A stretch of DNA of 64,000 bases. Source: an uncultured delta proteobacterium (GTDB lineage: Bacteria; Desulfobacterota; Binatia; UTPRO1). The position numbers and the translations under genes are program-made. The notes beneath the pieces were generated by a model, which worked only from the letters and a program-made list of their open reading frames with translations, did no database searches and was not told where the DNA came from. This document shows positions 48,521 through 58,627 of the stretch, piece after piece; position 1 is the first letter of the stretch; every line of letters begins with the position of its first letter. Location of the stretch: contig CAVZDH010000005.1 in NCBI GenBank assembly GCA_963774015.1, forward strand, positions 275,133-339,132. The letters run 5' to 3'.

Positions 48521-50691
48521 TGGCCGCGGCGACGCAACAGCCGCCCGCCAAGGGCTTCATGGGTCGCGTGCTCGCCGGCGGCGAGCTGGTGATTCCGCTC
48601 ACCTTCGTCGTCGTGGTGATCGTCATGATCATCCCGCTGCCGACGATGATGCTCGACCTCCTGCTGACGGTGAACATCGCGGTCTCGCTGATCATCCTCC
48701 TGGTCGCGATGTACACGTTGAAGCCGCTCGAGTTCTCGACGTTCCCGTCGGTGCTGCTGGTGACGACGTTGCTGCGGCTCTCGCTGAACGTCGCCTCGAC
48801 GCGTCTGATCCTGCTGCACGGGCAGGAGGGCTCGACGGCGGCCGGTCACGTCATCCAGGCGTTCGGCAGCTTCGTGGTCGGCGGCAGCTACGTGGTCGGC
48901 ATCGTCATCTTCCTGATCCTGGTCGTCATCAACTTCGTCGTCATCACCAAGGGCGCCGGCCGCATCGCCGAGGTCGCGGCGCGCTTCACCTTGGACGCGA
49001 TGCCGGGCAAGCAGATGGCGGTCGACGCCGAGCTGAACTCGGGCGGGCTCACCGAGCGCGAGGCCCGCGAGCGCCGCCGCTCGATCGAGGCGGAAGCCGA
49101 CTTCTACGGCGCGATGGACGGCGCCAGCAAGTTCGTGCGCGGCGATGCCGTGGCCGGCCTGATGATCGCCGGCATCAACATCGTCGGCGGCCTCTTCATC
49201 GGCGTCGTGCAGGGCGGCCTCGACGTCAGGAGCGCGGCCGAGATCTACACCATCCTGACCATCGGTGACGGCCTCGTCTCGCAGCTGCCGGCGCTGTTGA
49301 TCTCGACGGCGGCCGGCATCGTCGTGACCCGCGCCGCGTCGGGCACCGACCTCGGCAGCGAGGTCACGTCGCAGATGCTCTTGAATCCGCGCGTGCTCGC
49401 GATGGTGAGCGGGATCCTCGCGACCCTCGCGCTCCTGCCCGGGTTGCCGTTCCTGCCGTTCGTCGCGCTCGCGGGCGCGCTCGGCGGGCTCTCGTACGCG
49501 GGCCGCGAGCACAAGGCGGCCGAGCTCGCGCAGGCGGCGCTCGAGGCGCGGGCGGAGGCGCCCAAGGAAGAGAGATCCGACGTGCCGGCGCCGCTCGACC
49601 TCCTCGAGCTCGAGGTCGGCTACGAGCTCGTGCCGCTGGTCGACGCCTCGCAACGCGGCGAGCTGATCGAGCGCATCAAGACGCTCCGGAGGCAGCTCGC
49701 CGAGGAAATGGGCTTCGTCGTGCCGCCGGTCCACATCCGCGACAATCTCCAGCTCAAGCCCGGCGAGTACGCGATTCTCCTGAAGGGCGTCGAGATCCAG
49801 CGCGCCGAGATCCGCATCGGGCAATATCTCGCGATCAATCCGGGCGGGGCCGAGCCCGGCTTCCGCGGCGTCCCGACCAAGGAGCCGGCCTTCGGCCTCG
49901 ACGCGATCTGGGTGCTCGCGAGCGACCGCGAGCAGGCACAGCTCGCCGGGTACACCGTCGTCGATGCGGCGACGGTCGTGGTGACGCATCTCACCGAGCT
50001 GATCCGCCGCCACGCGCACGAGCTGCTCGGCCGGCAAGAGGTGCAGGGACTGCTCGAGGCCCTCGCGAAGAGCAATCCGAAGGTCGTCGAGGAGCTGGTC
50101 CCGCAGCAGCTCACACTCGGTCAGGTGCAGAAGGTGCTGCAGAACCTCCTGCGCGAGCACGTCGGGATTCGCGATTTCCTCTCGATCATCGAGACGCTTG
50201 CCGACCACGCGCCGGGGACGAAAGACCCGCACCAACTGACCGAGCACGTGCGCGCCGCGCTGTCGCGCTCGATCGTCAACCGCTTTCTGACGCCCGACCG
50301 CACCCTGCCGCTCGTCACGTTGGCGCCCCGCCTCGAGCGCACGATCGCGGAGTCGGTGCATCGCAACGAGGACGGCACGTATCTCGCGCTCGAGCCGGTG
50401 ACCGCACAGCGCCTGCTCGGCAAGCTCGCATCCTGGGCGGAGCAGTTCGCGCTGCACGGCCACCAGCCGCTGCTGCTGTGCTCGACGAACGTCCGCGGGC
50501 ACCTCCGCCGGTTGACCGAGCGCTTCCTGCCGAGCCTGTCGGTGGTGGCGCCTGGGGAGATCCCGGCGAACGTGAAGATCCATTCGCTCGGCGTCGTCAG
50601 CTTCGATGACGAGCCCGAGGGCGCGACGCGGTTGCAAGTACCGCGACCGACTGCGACGGCGGCCGTGGCTCCGGCGATGGGGGGTGCGTGA
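48520..50691 (+). CDS. flhA: Export protein FlhA
   Basis: RIAEVAARFTLDAMPGKQMA, FYGAMDGASKFVRGDA, LTIGDGLV. Confidence 0.98.
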   Translation: MAAATQQPPAKGFMGRVLAGGELVIPLTFVVVVIVMIIPLPTMMLDLLLTVNIAVSLIILLVAMYTLKPLEFSTFPSVLLVTTLLRLSLNVASTRLILLHGQEGSTAAGHVIQAFGSFVVGGSYVVGIVIFLILVVINFVVITKGAGRIAEVAARFTLDAMPGKQMAVDAELNSGGLTEREARERRRSIEAEADFYGAMDGASKFVRGDAVAGLMIAGINIVGGLFIGVVQGGLDVRSAAEIYTILTIGDGLVSQLPALLISTAAGIVVTRAASGTDLGSEVTSQMLLNPRVLAMVSGILATLALLPGLPFLPFVALAGALGGLSYAGREHKAAELAQAALEARAEAPKEERSDVPAPLDLLELEVGYELVPLVDASQRGELIERIKTLRRQLAEEMGFVVPPVHIRDNLQLKPGEYAILLKGVEIQRAEIRIGQYLAINPGGAEPGFRGVPTKEPAFGLDAIWVLASDREQAQLAGYTVVDAATVVVTHLTELIRRHAHELLGRQEVQGLLEALAKSNPKVVEELVPQQLTLGQVQKVLQNLLREHVGIRDFLSIIETLADHAPGTKDPHQLTEHVRAALSRSIVNRFLTPDRTLPLVTLAPRLERTIAESVHRNEDGTYLALEPVTAQRLLGKLASWAEQFALHGHQPLLLCSTNVRGHLRRLTERFLPSLSVVAPGEIPANVKIHSLGVVSFDDEPEGATRLQVPRPTATAAVAPAMGGA

Positions 50692-51737
50692 TGCGGCTCC
50701 GTCGCTTCGTCGCCGCGTCCTCGCGCGAGGCCCTCGCGCAGGTGAAGGCCGCGCTCGGTCCCGACGCGGTGATCCTCGCGACCCGGCCGCGGGCGGAAGG
50801 CGGCGTCGAGATCACCGCGGCCGTCGACCTCGACCCGCTCGCGGGCGGCGACGCTCCGGCGGCGGTGCCCGCGGCGACTGCCGAGGTGGCCGCGCTCCGG
50901 CGCGAGCTCGGGGCGCTCGTGACGCGGGTCGCGCGCATCGATCGCGCGATCCGTCCCGGCCGCGGCGCGCTCGGCGGGCTCGACGAGGAGGCCCTCGGGT
51001 TGGCGGAGCGCCTGGCCCTGAACGGCACGACGCCCGCGCTCGCGGAGACCGTGGCGCGGAGCTTCGGGCGCGCGCGCCAGCAAGGGGTGCCCGCGGCGGC
51101 GGCGCTCGCGACCAGCGTCGAGCGGCACCTCCTCGTGGCGGTGCCGACGGCGCCCGAGCCGGCCGTGACGGCGTTCGTCGGTCCGACCGGCGCGGGCAAG
51201 ACTACGACTATCGCCAAGCGCGCGGCGCAGGCGCTCGCGCGCGGGGCCGCGGTCGGTCTCGTCATGGCGGACACGCAACGCATCGGGGCCGCGGAGCAGC
51301 TCGCGACCTACGGGCGGCTCCTCGGCGTACCGGTCGCGTCGGTCGCGAGCAGCGCGGAGCTGGTGCGCGCTCTCGCGGGCTTCGAGCGCTGCGACGTCGT
51401 GTACGTCGACACCGCCGGGCTCACCGGCGACCCGACCGGGGGCGCCGACGTGGCACGGCTGCTCGCGCCGGTACGGCGCGCCGTCACGACGGCGGCGGTG
51501 GTGTCGGCGGGTGCGTCGGAGCCGGCGCTGCGCGCGGTGTGGCGTCAGCTCGCCGCGCTCGAGCCCGCGACGTGCGTGGTGACCAAGGTGGACGAGGGCG
51601 GCGGTCTCGGCACCGCGTGCGGATGGCTCGCCGAGGTGGGGGTGCCGCTCGACTGGCTCGGGACGGGTCCGCGCGTGCCGGACGATCTCGTGGCGGCCGA
51701 TGGTGCGGCCGTCGGGACGTGGCTCAGCGCGGCGTGA
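50688..51737 (+). CDS. flhF: SRP-family GTPase FlhF
   Basis: EALAQVKAALGPDAVIL, GPTGAGKTTT, DTAG, TKVDE, GPRVPDDL. Confidence 0.93.
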   Translation: MMRLRRFVAASSREALAQVKAALGPDAVILATRPRAEGGVEITAAVDLDPLAGGDAPAAVPAATAEVAALRRELGALVTRVARIDRAIRPGRGALGGLDEEALGLAERLALNGTTPALAETVARSFGRARQQGVPAAAALATSVERHLLVAVPTAPEPAVTAFVGPTGAGKTTTIAKRAAQALARGAAVGLVMADTQRIGAAEQLATYGRLLGVPVASVASSAELVRALAGFERCDVVYVDTAGLTGDPTGGADVARLLAPVRRAVTTAAVVSAGASEPALRAVWRQLAALEPATCVVTKVDEGGGLGTACGWLAEVGVPLDWLGTGPRVPDDLVAADGAAVGTWLSAA

Positions 51738-51753
51738 AGGACGGAGGACGAAC

Positions 51754-52623
51754 GTGGATCAGGCGGAAGAGTTGACGGGACACGGCGGTGAGGCGGGTAT
51801 GCAGGTCATCGCGGTCGCCAGCGGCAAGGGCGGCGTCGGCAAGACCAACGTGGTGGCGAATCTCGCCATCGCGCTGCAGCGCCGCGGGAAGCGGGTCGTG
51901 GTGATCGACGCGGATTTGGGGCTCGCGAACCTCGATACGCTCCTCGGGCTGAACCCGCATGCGACGCTCCGCCAGGTGCTGCGCGGCGAGTGCAGCATCA
52001 AGGAGGTGCTCGTCGACGGACCGGCCGGCATCCGCATCGTCCCGGCGTCGAGCGGCTACGAGGATCTCACCCAGCTCTCCGACGGCCAGCGGCTCCTGCT
52101 GCTGGAGCAAGTCGACAGCCTGGACGGTGATTTCGACGTCCTGTTGATCGACACCGGCGCGGGCATCTCGGCGAACGTCACCTTCTTCGCGACCGCCGCG
52201 CAGGAGACGCTGGTCGTGGTGACGCCCGAGCCGACCGCGCTCACCGACGCGTACGCGCTGATCAAGGTGCTCGCGACCCGCCACGCGGAGGACAGCTTCG
52301 CGGTCCTCGTGAACATGGCGCGGAGCGACTTCGAGGCGCGGAAGACCTTCACGCAGCTCACGCGCGTGACCGAGCGGTTCCTGCACGTGAGTCTCCGCTT
52401 CGCGGGCTGGGTCCCGTGGGACAGCGAGGTGCCGGAGGCGGTGCGGCGTCAGCAGCCGGTGATCGACCACGCGCCGGCGACGCCCGCGACGCGTGCCATC
52501 GACGGCCTTGCCGAGCGTCTGTGCGCCGCGCCGGCGCACGCGAAGGCGAAGGGCGGGCTGCAGTTCTTCTTCCGGCGCCTCCTCGCCGCCGACGGCGAGC
52601 GTTCGTTGGAGGCCGTGCGCTGA
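51754..52623 (+). CDS. flhG: MinD-like ATPase FlhG/FleN
   Basis: GTG 51754 with SD GGAGG. N-terminal DQA, SGKGGVGKT, DADLGLAN, DTGAG, PEPTALTDAY. Confidence 0.93.
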   Translation: MDQAEELTGHGGEAGMQVIAVASGKGGVGKTNVVANLAIALQRRGKRVVVIDADLGLANLDTLLGLNPHATLRQVLRGECSIKEVLVDGPAGIRIVPASSGYEDLTQLSDGQRLLLLEQVDSLDGDFDVLLIDTGAGISANVTFFATAAQETLVVVTPEPTALTDAYALIKVLATRHAEDSFAVLVNMARSDFEARKTFTQLTRVTERFLHVSLRFAGWVPWDSEVPEAVRRQQPVIDHAPATPATRAIDGLAERLCAAPAHAKAKGGLQFFFRRLLAADGERSLEAVR

Positions 52624-52625
52624 CG

Positions 52626-53432
52626 ATGTCGACCGTCGCAGGCACGCCACGGTCGGCGGCGCGTCCGCGCGTCGCGCCGACCGGCGCCGCGGGGCCGATA
52701 CCGCCCGACGAGGCGGTACGGGCCTACCTGCCGCTCGTGCGCTGGCTGGTGCAGCGGCTGGCGGTGCGGAAGCCGCCGCAGGTCGAGCTCGACGAGATGG
52801 TGAGCTGGGGCATCGAGGGTCTGCTCGACGCCATGAAGAAGTACGACCCGACGAAGCAGGCGGCGTTCGCGACCTATGCGCAGTTCCGCATTCGCGGCGC
52901 GATCCTCGATCGCTTGCGGGGCATGGACTGGGTGTCGCGCAGCGTTCGGCAAAAGGCGAGCGTGCTGGAGAAGACCTACCATCGGCTCGAGGGAACGCTC
53001 GGCCGGCCGGCGAGCGAGGAAGAGGTCGCCGAGGCGTTGAGCTTGACCTTGCCGCAGCTGCACGCGCTCCTCTCCGAGGTCGGGCACATGTCGCTCTTCA
53101 GCCTCGAGGACCTCGGCGTCGAGGGGGGCCAGGATCGCTGGCAGGTCGAGAATCTGCTCGACGACGACGGCACGGATCCGATGCAGGCGATCCTGTCGCG
53201 CGAGCGGGCGGACCTGGTGGCGGACGCGATCGCGAACCTGCCCGACAAGGAGCGCACCGTGATCGCGCTCTACTACCACGAGGGCATCACGATGAAGGAG
53301 GCGGGCGCGGTCCTCGGGCTCACCGAGTCGCGGGTCTCGCAGCTCCATGCGCAGGCGTTGCTGCGCCTGCGCGGCCTCCTGCACGAGCATTTCGGCGACC
53401 CGACGGCCGGGACCGCCGTGGAGGAACGATGA
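52626..53432 (+). CDS. fliA: RNA polymerase sigma28 factor FliA
   Basis: FATYAQFRIRGAILDRLRGMDWVSRS, LYYHEGITMKE..LTESRVSQLH. Confidence 0.96.
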   Translation: MSTVAGTPRSAARPRVAPTGAAGPIPPDEAVRAYLPLVRWLVQRLAVRKPPQVELDEMVSWGIEGLLDAMKKYDPTKQAAFATYAQFRIRGAILDRLRGMDWVSRSVRQKASVLEKTYHRLEGTLGRPASEEEVAEALSLTLPQLHALLSEVGHMSLFSLEDLGVEGGQDRWQVENLLDDDGTDPMQAILSRERADLVADAIANLPDKERTVIALYYHEGITMKEAGAVLGLTESRVSQLHAQALLRLRGLLHEHFGDPTAGTAVEER

Positions 53433-54013
53433 CGGAGCACCTCATGACGTGGGTCGGGCCAGGGCTCGACGTGGCGACGGTCGTCTTGCTCGCGGCCGTA
53501 CTCTGGAGGTTCGGGCGCGAGCCCGGCGCCGCGTGGCGGGAGCGCGAGACGCGGCTCCAGACGATCTTCGACGAGCTGCGGGCGGTGGTCGCGCAGAGCG
53601 AGGGGCTCGCACGCGACCTCGACGAGAAGCTCGCGGCGCGGGAGGCGCGTCTGCGCGCGCTGGTCGGCGCGGTGGAGACGGCGATCGCGGGCAGTGGTGT
53701 CGAGCCCGGCTCGGCACAGCGGTCCGCCCGACCCGATGCGCGCGCGCAAGCTGGGGCGGGCGAGACGCCCGTGACGGTGGGTCGTGCCGCGAGCGCCAGC
53801 GCCGCAGCGAGCGACACCGCAGGCGTCCCGGTGCTCGAGACCGACAACATCGCGGATCGCATCGAGACGCTCGCCGAGGGCGGCACCGCCGTCGAGGAGA
53901 TCGCCCGCCGCGTCGGCGTCGCGGCCGCCGAGGTGCGCTTGGTGATCGGTCTCAAGGCGGCGCGTGCGGCGCGGCGCCGCGGCGCGACGACGGAGGCGGG
54001 GGTCCATGCGTGA
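53429..54013 (+). CDS. Membrane-anchored coiled-coil protein with C-terminal HTH-like motif (SwrB/DUF6115-like)
   Basis: ATG 53429 with SD GGAGG. N-terminal TM and LAEGGTAVEEIARRVGVAAAEVRLVIGL; directly after fliA. Confidence 0.62.
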   Translation: MTEHLMTWVGPGLDVATVVLLAAVLWRFGREPGAAWRERETRLQTIFDELRAVVAQSEGLARDLDEKLAAREARLRALVGAVETAIAGSGVEPGSAQRSARPDARAQAGAGETPVTVGRAASASAAASDTAGVPVLETDNIADRIETLAEGGTAVEEIARRVGVAAAEVRLVIGLKAARAARRRGATTEAGVHA

Positions 54014-54033
54014 GAACGGCGGGAAGGATCGGC

Positions 54034-54066
54034 CCGGCAGAATCTGCCGGCCGGCAACGGCTGCCG
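54034..54066. promoter_or_regulatory. Tandem enhancer dyads upstream of flgF
   Basis: CCGGCAGAATCTGCCGG and CGGCAACGGCTGCCG. Confidence 0.65.
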
Positions 54067-54089
54067 CGCGCCGACACGGCGCTGGCGCG

Positions 54090-54105
54090 TGGCACGTCGG
54101 TTGCT
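54090..54105 (+). promoter_or_regulatory. sigma54 promoter of the flgF operon
   Basis: TGGCACGTCGGTTGCT. Confidence 0.85.
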
Positions 54106-54130
54106 GACTGCAGCGACGCGAGGGGAATGA

Positions 54131-54856
54131 ATGGACGCGGGAATCTTTTCGGCAGTCTCGGGCAGCCTGGCGGCGCAGACGCGTCTCGACGCGCTCGCCA
54201 ACAATCTCGCCAACGCGAACACCGTCGGCTTCAAGGCCGAGCGCGTCCTCCAGCGTGCCGAGCGTGCGGGCGACGTCGCGCCGGCGCCGAACACGGTACC
54301 GACGCCGGTCACCCGCGAGCACGTCGAGACCGACTTCAGTCAAGGCTCCATCAATCGCAGTGGGAATCCGCTCGACGTGGCGATCGCCGGCGAGGGCTTC
54401 TTCGTCGTGCAGACCGATCGCGGTGAGCGGCTCACGCGGAGCGGCGACTTCTCGATCGACAGCGCGGGCTATCTCGCGACCACCGATGGGAGCCGGGTGC
54501 AAGGCACGAGCGGCGACATCAGCATCCCGAAGGGCCCGGTCGTGTTCGGCACCGACGGCAGCGTGCGTGCCGGCGACCAGCACGTCGGCCAGCTTCGCAT
54601 CGTGACCGTCGCCGACCCGACGCAGCTGACGCGCGAGAGCGGCACGCGCTTCGCGGCCGGCGACCAGGCGTTGACCGACGCGGCGCCGGGCAGCGTGCAG
54701 ATCGTGCAGGGCGCGACCGAGAGCGCCAACCTGTCGCCGGTCCAAGGCCTGGTCTCGCTGATCGAGACCGTGCGGGGATTCGAAACGTACATGCAAGCCG
54801 CTCAGCGGCTCGACCAGATGACGTCGAAGGCCATCACCGACGTCGGTCGCGTTTGA
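54131..54856 (+). CDS. flgF: Rod protein FlgF
   Basis: [37 protein letters not shown]; precedes flgG. Confidence 0.92.
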   Translation: MDAGIFSAVSGSLAAQTRLDALANNLANANTVGFKAERVLQRAERAGDVAPAPNTVPTPVTREHVETDFSQGSINRSGNPLDVAIAGEGFFVVQTDRGERLTRSGDFSIDSAGYLATTDGSRVQGTSGDISIPKGPVVFGTDGSVRAGDQHVGQLRIVTVADPTQLTRESGTRFAAGDQALTDAAPGSVQIVQGATESANLSPVQGLVSLIETVRGFETYMQAAQRLDQMTSKAITDVGRV

Positions 54857-54869
54857 AAAGGAAGGACCC

Positions 54870-55658
54870 ATGATCCGAGCGCTCTATACCGCCGCCACCG
54901 GCCTCGAGGCCCAACAGCTCAACATCGACGTCATCGCCAACAACTTGGCGAACGTCGGCACCAGCGGGTTCAAGAAGAGCCGCGCCGACTTCCAGGATCT
55001 CCTGTATCAGACGACGCGGGAGCCCGGCGGCCCGGCGACGAGCACGACGCAGACGTCGACCGGCATCCAGGTCGGCCTCGGCGTGAAACCCGCGGCGGTC
55101 CAGCGCATCAACCTGCAGGGCGACTTCAACCAGACCAGCAACCCGCTCGACCTCGCAGTGAGCGGCGACGGCTATTTCCAGGTGACGCTGCCCGACGGCT
55201 CGACCGCGTACACGCGCTCGGGTGCCTTCAAGCTCGACTCGACCGGCTCGGTCGTGACCTCGTCGGGTGATCCGCTGTCGCCGCAGATCAACATCCCGAC
55301 CGGCGCACAGTCGATCGCGATCGGCGACGACGGCACCGTGAGCGTGACGCTCCCCGGGCAGTCGGCACCGAGCCAGGTCGGTCAGATCCAGACGGTGCGC
55401 TTCGCGAACCCGTCGGGTCTCCGCGCCGAGGGAGCCAATCTCTTCAAGGAGACCGACAGCTCCGGGCCGCCCCAGACCGGCACGCCCGGGCAGGACGGCC
55501 TCGGACAGCTGACGCAGGGATTCCTCGAAGGCTCGAACGTGAGCGTGGTCGAGGAGCTGGTCGCGATGATCTCGGGTCAGCGCGCCTACGAGATCAACTC
55601 GCGCGCGATCTCGGCGGCCGACGAGATGCTGCGGACCGCGGCGTCGATCGGGCGATGA
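54870..55658 (+). CDS. flgG: Distal rod protein FlgG
   Basis: [51 protein letters not shown]. Confidence 0.97.
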   Translation: MIRALYTAATGLEAQQLNIDVIANNLANVGTSGFKKSRADFQDLLYQTTREPGGPATSTTQTSTGIQVGLGVKPAAVQRINLQGDFNQTSNPLDLAVSGDGYFQVTLPDGSTAYTRSGAFKLDSTGSVVTSSGDPLSPQINIPTGAQSIAIGDDGTVSVTLPGQSAPSQVGQIQTVRFANPSGLRAEGANLFKETDSSGPPQTGTPGQDGLGQLTQGFLEGSNVSVVEELVAMISGQRAYEINSRAISAADEMLRTAASIGR

Positions 55659-56644
55659 GGACGGGGACCATGACGATGCGACTGATCCGGCGGGCGGCCG
55701 AGCTCTATGGCGCGCTCTTGCTCGGCCTGGGTCTCGTGGCCATCGCCGCCGGCATGGCCGGGGCGGCGGAAGCGGGGCGAATCACGGTGAAGCGTGTCGC
55801 CGTCGTCGCGGGTCCGACGATCAAGCTCGGCGATCTGGCCGCCCTCGAGGGTGGCGCGGTGGCGCTCGCGGACGTGGAGCTCGGTCCGGCGCCGGCCACC
55901 GGCGCGCCGCGCCGTCTCGAGGGCGAGGCGATCCTCCGTCGCTTGGAAGAGGCGGGCATGGACGCGAGCGCGACGCGCTACATGATTCCCGCGACCGTCC
56001 GCGTCGAACGCGAGTCGCAGGAGGTCCCCGCCGCCGAGATCCGTACGGCGGTGATGAACGTCGCCGCCGACGCGCTGCCGGCCGGCGAGACCATTCGGGA
56101 GATCGACGTGCCGGGTCCGGTGCGCATTCCGGCGGGCGACTACGAGGCGCGCGTCTCGACCTCGTCGCACGGACGCGCGGGGAACCGGCGCTTCGAGGTC
56201 CAGCTCGTGCGCGACGAGGCGGTGCTCGCGACGGTTCCCGTGACGGCGCGGACGGTCGCGCGCGGCTCGGTGGTGGTCGCGAAGAAGCGCCTGCCGCGCG
56301 GTACCGTGCTCGGCCCGGCCGACCTGGCCGTGGTCGAGCGCAATCAGCGCGACGTGCCCGGGGACGCGCTCACGGCGCCCGAGCAGGCGATCGGCATGGA
56401 GACCAAAGTGGCGCTCGTGCCGGGTACGCCGTTGCCGCGGACGGCCGTGGCTCCCCCGCTGGTCGTGAAGAAGGGCGATCTGGTGACCATGGTCGTCGAG
56501 ACGCCGGTCATGAAGCTCACGGTCGCGGGCGAGGCGCTCGAGCCCGGCGCGGTCGGCGCGGGCATCAAGGTGATGAATCGCTCGTCGAAGCAGACGGTCG
56601 CGGGAAAGGTGATCGAGCATGGCCTCGTGCTGGTCGAGCGCTGA
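55655..56644 (+). CDS. flgA: P-ring chaperone FlgA
   Basis: Signal peptide, SAF domain, [24 protein letters not shown]. Confidence 0.92.
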   Translation: MRTGTMTMRLIRRAAELYGALLLGLGLVAIAAGMAGAAEAGRITVKRVAVVAGPTIKLGDLAALEGGAVALADVELGPAPATGAPRRLEGEAILRRLEEAGMDASATRYMIPATVRVERESQEVPAAEIRTAVMNVAADALPAGETIREIDVPGPVRIPAGDYEARVSTSSHGRAGNRRFEVQLVRDEAVLATVPVTARTVARGSVVVAKKRLPRGTVLGPADLAVVERNQRDVPGDALTAPEQAIGMETKVALVPGTPLPRTAVAPPLVVKKGDLVTMVVETPVMKLTVAGEALEPGAVGAGIKVMNRSSKQTVAGKVIEHGLVLVER

Positions 56645-57353
56645 GCGCACGCCGCGGGTGCGCCGTGCCGCGGTGGTGGTGCTCGCCGTCGCGACGTGCC
56701 TCCAGAGCGGATGCCTGGCGATGTATCTCCGGAAGGATCCGCTCAACACGCAGCCGCCGCCGCCACCGGCGCCGTCGCCGCTGGCGCGGGCGACGGGCTC
56801 GCTCTGGCGCGACGACGTGAGCGCCAACTACCTCTTCGCCGACGTCAAGGCGCGCTTCGCCGGCGACTTGCTCACGATCGTCGTCACCGAAGACGCCTCG
56901 GGATCGAAAGAGGCCGAGACGTCGACGTCCACCGATACCGAGGTCTTCGCGAACCTCGAGCAGTTCTTCGGCTTGCCGCAGCAGCTCGCGAACAAGAACC
57001 CGACCATCGACCCGACCCAGCTCATCAAGGCGTCGACCGCGCGCAAGTGGGACGGCACGGGGGCGACCAACCGCAAGGGGAAGCTCTCGGCGCGCATGAC
57101 GGCGGTCGTGAAGGCCGTGGGACCGACCGGGAACCTGTGGATCCAGGGCGACAAGATCGTCTCGGTGAACAAGGAGGACCAGCACATCGTGGTGCAGGGC
57201 TGGGTGCGGCCCGAGGACATCGACGCGCAGAACCAGGTGCTGTCGACGCGGCTCGCCGACGCGCGCATCGACTATTACGGCATCGGCGCGCTCGGCGTGA
57301 AGCAGCGGCCGGGGTGGGGTTACTGGCTGATGGACTTGGTGTGGCCGTTCTGA
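56619..57353 (+). CDS. flgH: L-ring lipoprotein FlgH (true start may be GTG 56658)
   Basis: Lipobox-like SGC, GSLW, LFADVKA..GDLLTIVV, GNL.IQG.K, GWVRPEDI, LADARI.Y.G, PGW..WPF. Confidence 0.93.
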   Translation: MASCWSSAERTPRVRRAAVVVLAVATCLQSGCLAMYLRKDPLNTQPPPPPAPSPLARATGSLWRDDVSANYLFADVKARFAGDLLTIVVTEDASGSKEAETSTSTDTEVFANLEQFFGLPQQLANKNPTIDPTQLIKASTARKWDGTGATNRKGKLSARMTAVVKAVGPTGNLWIQGDKIVSVNKEDQHIVVQGWVRPEDIDAQNQVLSTRLADARIDYYGIGALGVKQRPGWGYWLMDLVWPF

Positions 57354-58474
57354 TGCGGCGCGTGCTCCTCATCGCCGCCGTCGTGCAGGCGTTCGGCGCG
57401 CTCGTCGCGGTGTGCCCGGCGAGCGCGGCGCGCATCAAGGACATCGCGAGCGTCGAAGGCGTGCGCGGGAACCAACTGACGGGGTACGGCATCGTGGTCG
57501 GATTGGACGGGACCGGCGACGGCCAGCAGTCGATCTTCACGGTGCAGAGCATCCTGAGCATGCTGCAGCGGCGCGGCGTCACGGTGTCGGTCGATCCGCG
57601 TCAGGTGCGCGTGAAGAATGCGGCGGCGGTCGTCGTGACGGCGATGTTGCCGCCGTTCGCTCACTCGGGGAATCGCGTCGACGTGCAGCTCTCGTCGATC
57701 GGCGACGCCAAGTCGCTGCGGGGCGGGACGCTCGTCATGACGCCGCTCCTCGGCGGCGATCAGCAAGTCTACGCGGTGGCGCAGGGCGGCGTCTCGCTCG
57801 GCGGCGGCTACAGCGCCTCGGCGCCGGGGGCGAACGCGACGAGCGGCCATCCGACGGTCGGCGTGATCACCGGCGGGGCATTGGTCGAGCGCGAGGTGCC
57901 CGTGCAGCTCGGGGCCGACGGCCAGGTGCGCCTGAGTCTCCACGAGGCCGACTTCACGACCGCGACGCGCGTCGCGCACGTGGTGAACGATTTTCTCGGC
58001 ACGGACGCCGCGAGTACCCGCGACCCGGGCACGATCGAGGTGCGCCTCGAGCCGGACTCGAGTCCGGAGCAGGTGATGGCGCTCCTCGCCGGCATCGAGA
58101 CCTTGAACGTGACGCCGGACCGGCGCGCGCGCGTCGTCGTGAACGAGCGGACCGGCACCGTCATCATGGGCGAAGACGTGCGTATCGCGCCGGTCGGCAT
58201 CGCGCACGGCAGCTTGCAGGTCACGGTGAAGGTGGATCTCGGAGTCTCGCAGCCGGCGCCGTTCTCGCAGGGCCAGACCGTGGTCGTGCCCGACAGCACG
58301 GTGCAGGTGAAGGAGGGCGACGTCGAGCGGCTGAATCTCTTCGAAGGCGGCGTCAGTCTCCGCGAGCTCGTGAACGGGCTGAATGCGCTCGGAATCACGC
58401 CGCAGGATCTGATCGCGGTGTTGCAGGCGATCAATAGCGCTGGGGCGCTCGATGCCGACCTGGAGATCATGTGA
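57353..58474 (+). CDS. flgI: P-ring protein FlgI
   Basis: ATG overlaps the flgH TGA. RIKDIASVEGVRGNQLTGYGIVVGLDGTGD, VVVNERTGTVIMG, AGALDADL. Confidence 0.97.
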   Translation: MRRVLLIAAVVQAFGALVAVCPASAARIKDIASVEGVRGNQLTGYGIVVGLDGTGDGQQSIFTVQSILSMLQRRGVTVSVDPRQVRVKNAAAVVVTAMLPPFAHSGNRVDVQLSSIGDAKSLRGGTLVMTPLLGGDQQVYAVAQGGVSLGGGYSASAPGANATSGHPTVGVITGGALVEREVPVQLGADGQVRLSLHEADFTTATRVAHVVNDFLGTDAASTRDPGTIEVRLEPDSSPEQVMALLAGIETLNVTPDRRARVVVNERTGTVIMGEDVRIAPVGIAHGSLQVTVKVDLGVSQPAPFSQGQTVVVPDSTVQVKEGDVERLNLFEGGVSLRELVNGLNALGITPQDLIAVLQAINSAGALDADLEIM

Positions 58475-58475
58475 C

Positions 58476-58598
58476 GCGGCCGCGGGCCATCCGGCCAGCT
58501 GCTTCGTTGCTCCGTCGCTCGCTTGTGCGCCGTAGCTCCGCTACGGCTCCGTGCTCGCTCCGTCGCGCCTCACATCTGACCGCATGGCCCGCGTCCGC
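58476..58598. repeat. REP/REPIN-like palindromic element related to 14005-14143
   Basis: Shares the CTGC.TCGTTGCTC.GTCGCTC.CTTG and CGTAGCTCCGCTACG core. Flanked by its own inverted repeat GCGGCCGCGGGCCAT / ATGGCCCGCGTCCGC. Confidence 0.72.
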
Positions 58599-58627
58599 GG
58601 CGAGGTCGCACGCGGGGAGGTCACAGG

